DNA of 64,000 nt from Myxococcota bacterium (GCA_965223705.1 OZ245015.1:2496001-2560000); one strand, 5' to 3'. Positions 29,525-37,809 are shown, counted from the first letter of the stretch. Program-made: numbers and translations. Notes: generated by a model not told the origin, from the letters alone.

Positions 29525-30029
29525 GCTCCTGTTCTTTCTCACACTTTGCGCTTTCTCGACGCTGCCCGCGGGCGCAGCGGAAGTGGACGCGGCGGTGCTC
29601 AAGGGCGTCGACGTCTCGCTCAAAGATCGCGCTACGGCCTACTGGACGGCGCGTGCGAGCCGCTCGGGAGACGTCATGCGCTTCTATGCCCCGGTCGAGA
29701 AAGGTGGCCCCAAGCGCTCTCGGGACGTCTCCGAGTTCGGGAATGTCGGATTCAAGGCGTTCGAGATCAAGAAAGCTCGGGAGAACGGAGAGTTCGGGTT
29801 GGTGACGATCGAAGTGCAGACGGACTTGCGCGGGCTCCCGCTACCCCAGAAGTTCCGGACGCAGCTGGCGACCCAGACCATCGACGAAGAGTGGTTGCGC
29901 ATCGACGACGTCTGGTACAAGAAGCCGATCCCCCGCGGGTTCTCTTCGAAGAAAGCCGCCGAAGCCGCAGCTCCGGCGGAGACTCAGGCCGACGCGGCCG
30001 CGGAGGCCCCGACGAGCCAAGCCGACTGA
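29505..30029 (+). CDS. Hypothetical secreted protein
   Basis: Signal peptide; RATAYWTAR...EEWLRIDDVWY; overlaps the upstream gene. Confidence 0.65.
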   Translation: MYSLTSKLLFFLTLCAFSTLPAGAAEVDAAVLKGVDVSLKDRATAYWTARASRSGDVMRFYAPVEKGGPKRSRDVSEFGNVGFKAFEIKKARENGEFGLVTIEVQTDLRGLPLPQKFRTQLATQTIDEEWLRIDDVWYKKPIPRGFSSKKAAEAAAPAETQADAAAEAPTSQAD

Positions 30030-30074
30030 GTTCGTAGGCGAAAGCCCACCGCGGGACCAACGACCGCGGCATCG

Positions 30075-30115
30075 AGCACCCGAGGGGATTGCCTCTCGGG
30101 TGCTTGTTTTTTTTT
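30075..30115 (+). terminator. Intrinsic terminator upstream of the array
   Basis: agcacccgagggg-attg-cctctcgggtgct stem followed by a long T run. Confidence 0.8.
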
Positions 30116-30258
30116 GGAAAGTGCCACACATTTGCATGTGCCGTAGCCAAAATACGGCGTGGAAGGTGCTCACGGTAGACGCCCTCCGGGCTTAACCACA
30201 CGCCCAACGCAAGTACGATGCAAGTAATGCAGTGCACAACCAAAAGGAAACAATCAGG

Positions 30259-31380
30259 ATGCTGAAACTTACACGGCTGGCCGCGATCGTATTCGCGACC
30301 TTCCTCTTTAGCGGCACCAGCCACGCCGCCCTCGATCTGATGGATCACTCAGCGACGGGAAGCATTGTCTCGACGCCCTGGCTCGCGACAGGCGAGCGGG
30401 TCACCGTCGTGACGCTCACCAACGCCCTCGCGGACCCGATCACCGTTCACTGGACGGCGCTCAACAACAAGTGGCAGGGCATCGACTTCGACTGCCCGCT
30501 TTCGCCGATGGAGACGACCTACTTCGTCTTTGAGTCGAACAACGCGGGTGGCGCGAAGATCACGTACGAGTGCAGCGATATCTCCCAGAGCAATCTGAAT
30601 ATCGTGCGCACGCAGTTCATTCCGGGTGCCGACACGGAGCGCGAAGGCTTCATCGTGTTCCACGCCACCCTCGGTGCGGGCGTTCCGCCGAACCCGGCGA
30701 ACATCGTTGCCCTGATCGCTGACTTCACCGTCATCGACTTCAACCAGGGCTACGCATTCTCGGCGAACGGCTGGCACTTCCAGGTGCAGGGCAACACCCA
30801 GAACAACACGCTGCAGGTCCCGACGGTCCTCGCCTCGAGCTTCATCGCTCCCGACGACGACATCACGGCGGAGCTTCTGCTCTACACGCTCCACGGGCGC
30901 ATCGGCTGGAACTCCCCGGTCAGCATCGGCGGTCTGGCCTACGACGACGACGAGCAGCCGCTCTCGAACAGCCACAAGTACGACTGCTTCACGATCGTTT
31001 CGCTCGAGAGCATCTTCGGGCTCAGCATCTTGCGCCAGAACGGTCCCGGCGGTTTCCCGTACTTCGTGGGTCACGTGAGCCTGTTCGCACTGGTGGATCC
31101 GCTCGCGTACCTCCCGCCCTTCGGTTTCGGTCCGTTCCGGTCCGCGTCGGTGGGGTACATCATCCAGACGATCGGTGCGCTTGCGCCGGATGACGGAGCC
31201 GACTTGAACGACGGCCAGAACCTGAACGGCACGGCGGGCGGCGCGATCAACTTCGCGGACGCCTTGGCGCCTGGCCAGAAGGCCGCATGGGCTCGCAAGC
31301 TTCTGAAGACGACCATCCAGACGCCGATTTGTAACGCCCTCGACGTCACTCAGGATCCGCCGGCCGGCTGCGGCACGTGA
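30259..31380 (+). CDS. Secreted array protein, copy 1 (class A)
   Basis: Signal peptide MLKLTR...SHA; shares SPMETTYFVFE, SFIAPDDD and NGPGGFPYFVGHVSLFAL with the other copies. Confidence 0.9.
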   Translation: MLKLTRLAAIVFATFLFSGTSHAALDLMDHSATGSIVSTPWLATGERVTVVTLTNALADPITVHWTALNNKWQGIDFDCPLSPMETTYFVFESNNAGGAKITYECSDISQSNLNIVRTQFIPGADTEREGFIVFHATLGAGVPPNPANIVALIADFTVIDFNQGYAFSANGWHFQVQGNTQNNTLQVPTVLASSFIAPDDDITAELLLYTLHGRIGWNSPVSIGGLAYDDDEQPLSNSHKYDCFTIVSLESIFGLSILRQNGPGGFPYFVGHVSLFALVDPLAYLPPFGFGPFRSASVGYIIQTIGALAPDDGADLNDGQNLNGTAGGAINFADALAPGQKAAWARKLLKTTIQTPICNALDVTQDPPAGCGT

Positions 31381-31521
31381 TCCACGCGTAGAAGCGGTGC
31401 CTTGACGTAAAGACAAGGCACGACGCGCACAGGAGGCCCGAGAGCGAGTCAGCATGCTCGCTCTCGGGCCCACCCTTTGATCCTCACGGCCCGCTTCAGG
31501 GCAAGCAACGAGACGACAAGC

Positions 31522-32589
31522 ATGAGACGGCTGGCATTCGCGACGTGTTTCGCAGTCCTCCTCTTTGCCCTTCCGGGCTCCGCCGCCCTCAACCTGTCGA
31601 GTCCGACGGCCGTCGGCGGCGTCGCATCAGCGCCCTGGTTCAGTGAGAACGGCCAGGTCACGATCATCACGCTCACGAACGGCAGCTCGGCGTGGACGAC
31701 CGTTCACGTCATCCTCTCGGACGCGAACTGGAAAGCGCTCGATTACGACTGCCGCCTCTCGCCAATGGAAACGACCTACTTCGTGTTCGAGGCGGCCTCG
31801 ACCGGCTCGAAAGTGACGAACGAGTGCAGCTCTGATTTCCCGGCCTGGAATCAACAGCTGAACATCGTCACGACCCGCTACATCCCCGGAGATCGGCGGG
31901 GCTTTGCGGTCTTCCAGCAGAACGTGAACGCCGACGCGCAGAACGTTCTCATCGCGGATTTCACCGTCATCGATTTCAACCGCGGGCTCAGCTATTCGGC
32001 GAATGCGTGGCACGTCCAGGCACTCGCGGGAAGCGCCGACCACAATCTCAGCTTCGACAACGTCGAGTACGCCCAGGTCCCGCGGAACCTCGCGATGAGC
32101 TTCATCGCGCCCGACGACGACGTCACGGCCGAGCTCATCCTGTACACACTGAACGGGCGCCTGCTCGAGGCGCCTCCCGTGCTCCTCGGTGCGCTCGCGT
32201 ACGACGACGATGAGAACGCCTTATCCAACACCCACGAATACACGTGCTTTACGGTCGTATCGCTCGAAACCATCTTCGGGCTCGGGATCCGGCGGGAAAA
32301 CGGGCCCGGCGGCTTCCCTTACTTCGTCGGGCACGTCTCCTTGTTTGCCCTCGTTCACGCGGGTGGCTACACGGGCGTCGGCAACCCGCCCGGCGCGATT
32401 TCCCACTCGTTCGGCTGGCTGCTGCAGACGATCGCGAACGGTGGCGACCTGAACGACAACGCGCCGTTGGGGCCGCCCGAACCGAACTTCGGAAACTCGA
32501 TGCCCGGGGCCGCTGCGTGGGCTCGCCCCGCGCTGCGAACGGTCGAGACCGTGCCGGCGCAGTTTGACGCGGATCCCCGCGGTCCCTAG
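31522..32589 (+). CDS. Secreted array protein, copy 2 (class B)
   Basis: Signal peptide MRRLAF...; same invariant blocks; ends DADPRGP. Confidence 0.9.
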   Translation: MRRLAFATCFAVLLFALPGSAALNLSSPTAVGGVASAPWFSENGQVTIITLTNGSSAWTTVHVILSDANWKALDYDCRLSPMETTYFVFEAASTGSKVTNECSSDFPAWNQQLNIVTTRYIPGDRRGFAVFQQNVNADAQNVLIADFTVIDFNRGLSYSANAWHVQALAGSADHNLSFDNVEYAQVPRNLAMSFIAPDDDVTAELILYTLNGRLLEAPPVLLGALAYDDDENALSNTHEYTCFTVVSLETIFGLGIRRENGPGGFPYFVGHVSLFALVHAGGYTGVGNPPGAISHSFGWLLQTIANGGDLNDNAPLGPPEPNFGNSMPGAAAWARPALRTVETVPAQFDADPRGP

Positions 32590-32725
32590 ACGCCAGCGCC
32601 CCCCCCAAACGACTTGCCACCGATTTGCCGCTCCCCTGCGGATAGAGCGCACAAACCCGACGTACGCCGTCACTTCCCCGCGTTCCCGGAGACTCACTCT
32701 CACTGGCTACTCGTGAAGGGGTCCC

Positions 32726-33802
32726 ATGAAGCATCGGCTATTCGTCGGTTGTCTATTCGCTCTACTGGTAATGGGGTGGAGCGACGCATCATTCAGCGCG
32801 GTCACGGCGAGCGATCACAGCGCTGTGGGAGCCGTGGTCACGAACCCGTGGCTCGTCGATGGCGACCGACTCACGCTCGCGACGCTGACGAACGGCAGTA
32901 GTTTCTGGATCACGGTTCACGTGACCGTGTTCGATGCCGCTTGGCAGCCGATCAACTTCGATTGCAAGCTGTCCCCGATGGAAACGACCTACTTCGTGTT
33001 CGAAGCGCACAGTGTCGGATCGAAGCTCACTTCGGAATGTAGCGACCCGATTTCCGGCAACTTGAACATCGTGCAGACCCGCTTCGTCCCGGGAGAGCGC
33101 GACGGGTTTGTCGTGTTCCACCACACCTTGGTCCCCGGCGCCACGACGCCGCAGAACGTCCTCATCGGCGATTTCGTCGTGATCGATTTCGACCAGGGAT
33201 ACGCGTTCTCGGCGAACGCCTGGCATGTGCAGGCGCTGGCGGGAAGCACCGACCAGAATCTCATCTTCGACGGGACCGAGTTTGCGCAACTACCAAAGGT
33301 CCTGGCCGGAAGCTTCATCGCGCCCGACGACGACATCACCGCAGATCTCATCCTCTATACGCTGAACGGAGCGTTGGGCTGGCCCGCGGAAGTGAAGTTG
33401 GGCGGCATCGTCTACGACGACGATGAGCAGGCGCTCTCGAACGTTCACGAATACGACTGCTTCACCGTGGTCTCGCTGATCGATGTGTTCGGCCTGAGCG
33501 TCGACCGGCGGAACGGTCCCGGCGGCTTTCCCTACTTCGTGGGGCACGTCAGCCTCTTCGCTCTCTTCGCCCCGGGCGGCTACGCCGGTGCGACCGCGCC
33601 TCCTGGCGCCGTTGCGAGCTCGCTCGGTTGGATCGTTCAGACCATGGCCGACATCGGCGACCTGAACGACAACCAGCCCCTCGGTCATCAGCCGAACTTC
33701 GGCAACGTTTCCTCCGGCCAGTCCGCCTGGGCCCGGCAGTTATTGACGACCCAGGATTCCATCCCGAACCGCCTCGACGCCGATCCTCGAGGCGGCGCCT
33801 AG
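32726..33802 (+). CDS. Secreted array protein, copy 3 (class B)
   Basis: Signal peptide; same invariant blocks; ends DADPRGGA. Confidence 0.9.
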   Translation: MKHRLFVGCLFALLVMGWSDASFSAVTASDHSAVGAVVTNPWLVDGDRLTLATLTNGSSFWITVHVTVFDAAWQPINFDCKLSPMETTYFVFEAHSVGSKLTSECSDPISGNLNIVQTRFVPGERDGFVVFHHTLVPGATTPQNVLIGDFVVIDFDQGYAFSANAWHVQALAGSTDQNLIFDGTEFAQLPKVLAGSFIAPDDDITADLILYTLNGALGWPAEVKLGGIVYDDDEQALSNVHEYDCFTVVSLIDVFGLSVDRRNGPGGFPYFVGHVSLFALFAPGGYAGATAPPGAVASSLGWIVQTMADIGDLNDNQPLGHQPNFGNVSSGQSAWARQLLTTQDSIPNRLDADPRGGA

Positions 33803-33819
33803 ACACCACAAGCTCTTCG

Positions 33820-33894
33820 CGTCTCAAGACGAACGAGCTGATTCCGAACTACCACTCCCTCGACGTGACGACGGACGAGATTTGCGTGTTCTGA
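33820..33894 (+). pseudogene. Orphan 3' end of a probable additional class-A array gene
   Basis: Translates RLKTNELIPNYHSLDVTTDEICVF*, resembling LLKT...NALDVT...C of class-A tails; followed by the class-A terminator. Confidence 0.55.
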
Positions 33895-33926
33895 GTTCTC
33901 GGCAGACACTCGCGTGTGTCGATCCC

Positions 33927-33964
33927 GGCGCCTGGAAGGTTCTCCTTCCGGGCGCCTTCTTGTT
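33927..33964 (+). terminator. Array-family terminator hairpin
   Basis: ggcgcctggaagg-ttct-ccttccgggcgcc followed by ttcttgtt. Confidence 0.7.
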
Positions 33965-34120
33965 GCGCATGGCTTCACCGCAATTGCGCATCCCTTGCGC
34001 ACCGACCGTTTTTTCTGACACCAAGTGACGTTTTTCGCCACTACCTCCTAGACGCCTGTCGCCGCGGTGGTGACCGGCTTGAACGGGTGATCCCGTTCGC
34101 GCGTATCAAGGAGTTTTCTC

Positions 34121-35206
34121 ATGCTGAAGCTGAAGCACATCTTGGTCGCCGCCGTTGCGGCGATCTTCCTGTCGAGCCCGGGTCTCGCCGCGCTCCCCCT
34201 GATGGACCACGCGGCCACCGGTAGCCTCGTGTCCACGCCGTGGCTCGCCACGGGCAAGCGCGTCACCGTCACGACGCTGACCAACGCCCTCGCGGACCCG
34301 ATCACGGTCCACTTCACGGCGCTCAACAACAAGTGGCAGGGAATCGACTTCGATTGCCCCCTCTCCCCCATGGAGACCACCTACTTCGTGTTCGAGTCCA
34401 ACGCTGCGGGTGGCGCCAAGGTCACGTTCGAGTGCAGTGACATCACCCAGAGCAACCTGAACATCGTCCGCACCCTCTTCATCCCGGGTGCTGCCGATGA
34501 GCGCGAAGGCTTCATCGTCTTCCACACGACGGCCGGCGTGGGCTTCCCCACTCCGAACCCGGCGAGCGTCCAGTCCCTCATCGCTGACTTCACCGTCATC
34601 GACTTCGACCAGGGCTATGCGTTCTCCGCCAACGGCTGGCACTTCCAGGTGCAGGGCACGAACCAGAACAACTCGCTCACCGTCCCGGCGACCCTCGCGT
34701 CGAGCTTCATCGCTCCCGACGACGACATCACGGCCGAGCTCCTCCTCTACACCCTCCACGGTGCGATTGGTTGGAACTCCCCGGTCAAGTTCGGTGGTCT
34801 CGCCTACGATGATGACGAGCAGCCCCTCTCGAACACCCACGAGTACGACTGCTTCACGGTCGTGTCCCTCGAGGACATCTTCGGCCTGAGCATCGATCGT
34901 CGGAACGGTCCGGGCGGCTTCCCGTACTTCGTCGGCCACGTGAGCCTCTTCGCGTTGGTTCACCCCTTGGCCGCGATCCCGGGCAACTCCTTCGCTCCGT
35001 ACCAGTCGGCTTCGGTGGGCTACATGATCCAGACCATCGCGAGCGGTGGCGACCTGAACGACAACGTTCAGCTCGGCCCGATCCAGCCGAACTTCGGTGA
35101 GACGATGCCGGCCAACGCGGCTTGGGCGCGCAAGCTCCTCAAGACGATCCAGCCGGCTCAGCCCCAGTGCAACGCGCTCGACGTGACGATCGCTGGTGGC
35201 TGCTAG
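34121..35206 (+). CDS. Secreted array protein, copy 4 (class A)
   Basis: AAGGAG RBS, signal peptide MLKLKH...GLA, invariant blocks. Confidence 0.92.
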   Translation: MLKLKHILVAAVAAIFLSSPGLAALPLMDHAATGSLVSTPWLATGKRVTVTTLTNALADPITVHFTALNNKWQGIDFDCPLSPMETTYFVFESNAAGGAKVTFECSDITQSNLNIVRTLFIPGAADEREGFIVFHTTAGVGFPTPNPASVQSLIADFTVIDFDQGYAFSANGWHFQVQGTNQNNSLTVPATLASSFIAPDDDITAELLLYTLHGAIGWNSPVKFGGLAYDDDEQPLSNTHEYDCFTVVSLEDIFGLSIDRRNGPGGFPYFVGHVSLFALVHPLAAIPGNSFAPYQSASVGYMIQTIASGGDLNDNVQLGPIQPNFGETMPANAAWARKLLKTIQPAQPQCNALDVTIAGGC

Positions 35207-35247
35207 CCTCCTGTCTTAAGCGGGCATCGGCCTGCGACATGACACCC

Positions 35248-35285
35248 GGCGCCCGGAAGGTTTTCCTTCCGGGCGCCTTCTTTTT
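35248..35285 (+). terminator. Array-family terminator
   Basis: ggcgcccggaagg-tttt-ccttccgggcgcc followed by ttcttttt. Confidence 0.85.
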
Positions 35286-35455
35286 ACGCCGGGTCTACTA
35301 CGACCGTTTGCACCACAGTTGCGCATCCCTTGCGCACCGACCGTTTTTTCTGACACCAAGTGACGTTTTTCGCCACTACCTCCTAGACGCCTGTCGCCGC
35401 GGTGGTGACCGGCTTGAACGGGTGATCCCGTTCGCGCGTATCAAGGAGTTTTCTC

Positions 35456-36544
35456 ATGCTGAAGCTGAAGCACATCTTGGTCGCCGCCGTTGCGGCGATC
35501 TTCCTGTCGAGCCCGGGTCTCGCCGCGCTCCCCCTGATGGACCACGCGGCCACCGGTAGCCTCGTGTCCACGCCGTGGCTCGCCACGGGCAAGCGCGTCA
35601 CCGTCACGACGCTGACCAACGCCCTCGCGGACCCGATCACGGTCCACTTCACGGCGCTCAACAACAAGTGGCAGGGAATCGACTTCGATTGCCCCCTCTC
35701 CCCCATGGAGACCACCTACTTCGTGTTCGAGTCCAACGCTGCGGGTGGCGCCAAGGTCACGTTCGAGTGCAGTGACATCACCCAGAGCAACCTGAACATC
35801 GTCCGCACCCTCTTCATCCCGGGTGCTGCCGATGAGCGCGAAGGCTTCATCGTCTTCCACACGACGGCCGGCGTGGGCTTCCCCACTCCGAACCCGGCGA
35901 GCGTCCAGTCCCTCATCGCTGACTTCACCGTCATCGACTTCGACCAGGGCTATGCGTTCTCCGCCAACGGCTGGCACTTCCAGGTGCAGGGAACGAACCA
36001 GAACAACTTCCTCCCGGTCCCGGCGACCCTCGCGTCGAGCTTCATCGCTCCCGACGACGACATCACGGCCGAGCTCCTCCTCTACACGCTCAATGGGCGC
36101 ATTGGTTGGAACTCCCCGGTCAAGTTCGGTGGTCTCGCCTACGATGATGACGAGCAGCCCCTCTCGAACACCCACGAGTACGACTGCTTCACGGTCGTGT
36201 CCCTCGAGGACATCTTCGGCCTGAGCATCGATCGTCGGAACGGTCCGGGCGGCTTCCCGTACTTCGTCGGCCACGTGAGCCTCTTCGCCCTGATTTCGCC
36301 CTTGGCCGTGGTCAACGGCGTTACGTTCGGCCCGTGGCAGTCGGCTTCGGTGGGCTACATGATCCAGACCATCGCGAGCGGTGGCGACCTGAACGACAAC
36401 GTTCAGCTCGGCCCGATCCAGCCGAACTTCGGTGAGACGATGCCGGCCAACGCGGCTTGGGCGCGCAAGCTCCTCAAGACGATCCAGCCGGCTCAGCCCC
36501 AGTGCAACGCGCTCGACGTGACGATCGTTGGTAACTGCAACTAG
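35456..36544 (+). CDS. Secreted array protein, copy 5 (class A)
   Basis: Near-identical to copy 4. Confidence 0.92.
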   Translation: MLKLKHILVAAVAAIFLSSPGLAALPLMDHAATGSLVSTPWLATGKRVTVTTLTNALADPITVHFTALNNKWQGIDFDCPLSPMETTYFVFESNAAGGAKVTFECSDITQSNLNIVRTLFIPGAADEREGFIVFHTTAGVGFPTPNPASVQSLIADFTVIDFDQGYAFSANGWHFQVQGTNQNNFLPVPATLASSFIAPDDDITAELLLYTLNGRIGWNSPVKFGGLAYDDDEQPLSNTHEYDCFTVVSLEDIFGLSIDRRNGPGGFPYFVGHVSLFALISPLAVVNGVTFGPWQSASVGYMIQTIASGGDLNDNVQLGPIQPNFGETMPANAAWARKLLKTIQPAQPQCNALDVTIVGNCN

Positions 36545-36585
36545 CCCCATGTCCTGCGCAGGCACCGGCCTGTGATGCGACACCC

Positions 36586-36625
36586 GGCGCCCGGAAGGTT
36601 TTCCTTCCGGGCGCCTTCTTTTTTT
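36586..36625 (+). terminator. Array-family terminator
   Basis: Same hairpin as after copy 4, with T tract. Confidence 0.85.
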
Positions 36626-36691
36626 GTCACTTCCAGGCGATTTCAGCCACTTCCTTGATGGACCTGCCCGACGAGCAGGAGGAGTGTTCCC

Positions 36692-37780
36692 ATGCTGAAG
36701 TTGAAATCGTTCTTGCTGGTTGCTGTGGCTTCCTTGCTCATCGCGAGCCCCGGCCTTGCCGCGCTCAACCTGATGGACCACGCGGCCACCGGCAGCATCG
36801 TCTCGACGCCGTGGTTGGCCGAAGGTCATCGAACCACCGTCACGACCCTGACGAATGCCCTTGCGCAGACCGTCACCGTCCACGTGACCGCGCTCGACAG
36901 CCAGTGGCAGCCCCTCGACTTCGACTGCCAGCTCTCCCCCATGGAGACCACCTACTTCGTGTTCGAGACCAACGGCACGAACGGCGCCAAGATCACGTCC
37001 GAGTGCAGCGACGTCTCGCAGAGCAATCTCAACATCGTGCAGACCCGCTTCATTCCGGGGCAGCAGAATGGCTTTGTCGTGTTCCACACGACGGCCGGCG
37101 CGGGCGTTCCGCCGAATCCCACGGACAACGGCGTGTCGCTCATCGCGGACTTCACGGTCATCGACTTCGACCAGGGCTATGCCTTCTCCGCCAACGGCTG
37201 GCATTTCCAGACCCAGGGTGCGACCCAAAACAACACGCTCCAGATCCCGCAGGTCCTCGCGTCGAGCTTCATCGCCCCGGATGACGACATCACCGCGGAG
37301 CTCCTCCTCTACACGCTTCATGGGCGTGCGGGATGGAACTCCCCGGTCAAGCTCGGCGGGCTCGCTTACGACGACGACGAGCAGCCCCTCTCGAACGTCC
37401 ATGAGTACGACTGCTTCACGATCGTTGCGCTCGAAGACATCTTCGGCCTGAGCATCGATCGCCGAAACGGCCCGGGCGGCTTCCCGTACTTCGTCGGCCA
37501 CGTGAGCCTCTTCGCGCTCATCCATCCTCTGGCCTACGACCCGACCACCGGTTCGTTCGGTCCGTTCTTGTCCGCTTCGGTGGGATACATCGTCCAGACC
37601 ATCGCGAGCGGCGGCGACCTGAACGACAACGTCCGGCTCGGCCCGATCCAGCCGAACTTCGGCGACAGCATGCCCGCCATGGGTGCTTGGGCCCGAAAGC
37701 TCCTGAAGTCGCAGGACCAGACCCCGGTCTGCAACGCGCTCGACGTCACCCAGGATCCGCCCGTTACTTGCGGCACCTGA
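36692..37780 (+). CDS. Secreted array protein, copy 6 (class A)
   Basis: AGGAGGAG RBS, signal peptide, invariant blocks; ends CNALDVTQDPPVTCGT. Confidence 0.92.
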   Translation: MLKLKSFLLVAVASLLIASPGLAALNLMDHAATGSIVSTPWLAEGHRTTVTTLTNALAQTVTVHVTALDSQWQPLDFDCQLSPMETTYFVFETNGTNGAKITSECSDVSQSNLNIVQTRFIPGQQNGFVVFHTTAGAGVPPNPTDNGVSLIADFTVIDFDQGYAFSANGWHFQTQGATQNNTLQIPQVLASSFIAPDDDITAELLLYTLHGRAGWNSPVKLGGLAYDDDEQPLSNVHEYDCFTIVALEDIFGLSIDRRNGPGGFPYFVGHVSLFALIHPLAYDPTTGSFGPFLSASVGYIVQTIASGGDLNDNVRLGPIQPNFGDSMPAMGAWARKLLKSQDQTPVCNALDVTQDPPVTCGT

Positions 37781-37809
37781 TCGGCGGAATCCACGGATTG
37801 TTTCCGTCG

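Larger units (their letters stand above)
33984..36527 (+). repeat. Direct repeat with 1335-bp offset covering leader and CDS of copies 4 and 5
   Basis: 33984-34656 matches 35319-35991 with no mismatch seen; the rest differs in four short patches. Confidence 0.9.

Noticed and set aside
30122..30136. Sigma-54 promoter upstream of copy 1 (tgccacacatttgca)
   Set aside because: Lacks the invariant GG and the spacing is off by one
34121..36544. Diversity-generating retroelement (TR/VR pair) to explain the copy 4/5 differences
   Set aside because: Mismatches are not adenine-specific, both copies are full genes, and there is no reverse transcriptase in the window
35441..37525. 694-aa minus-strand ORF and similar antisense ORFs over the array
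   Set aside because: Shadow frames of strongly codon-biased sense genes; the repeated antisense peptides simply mirror the paralogues
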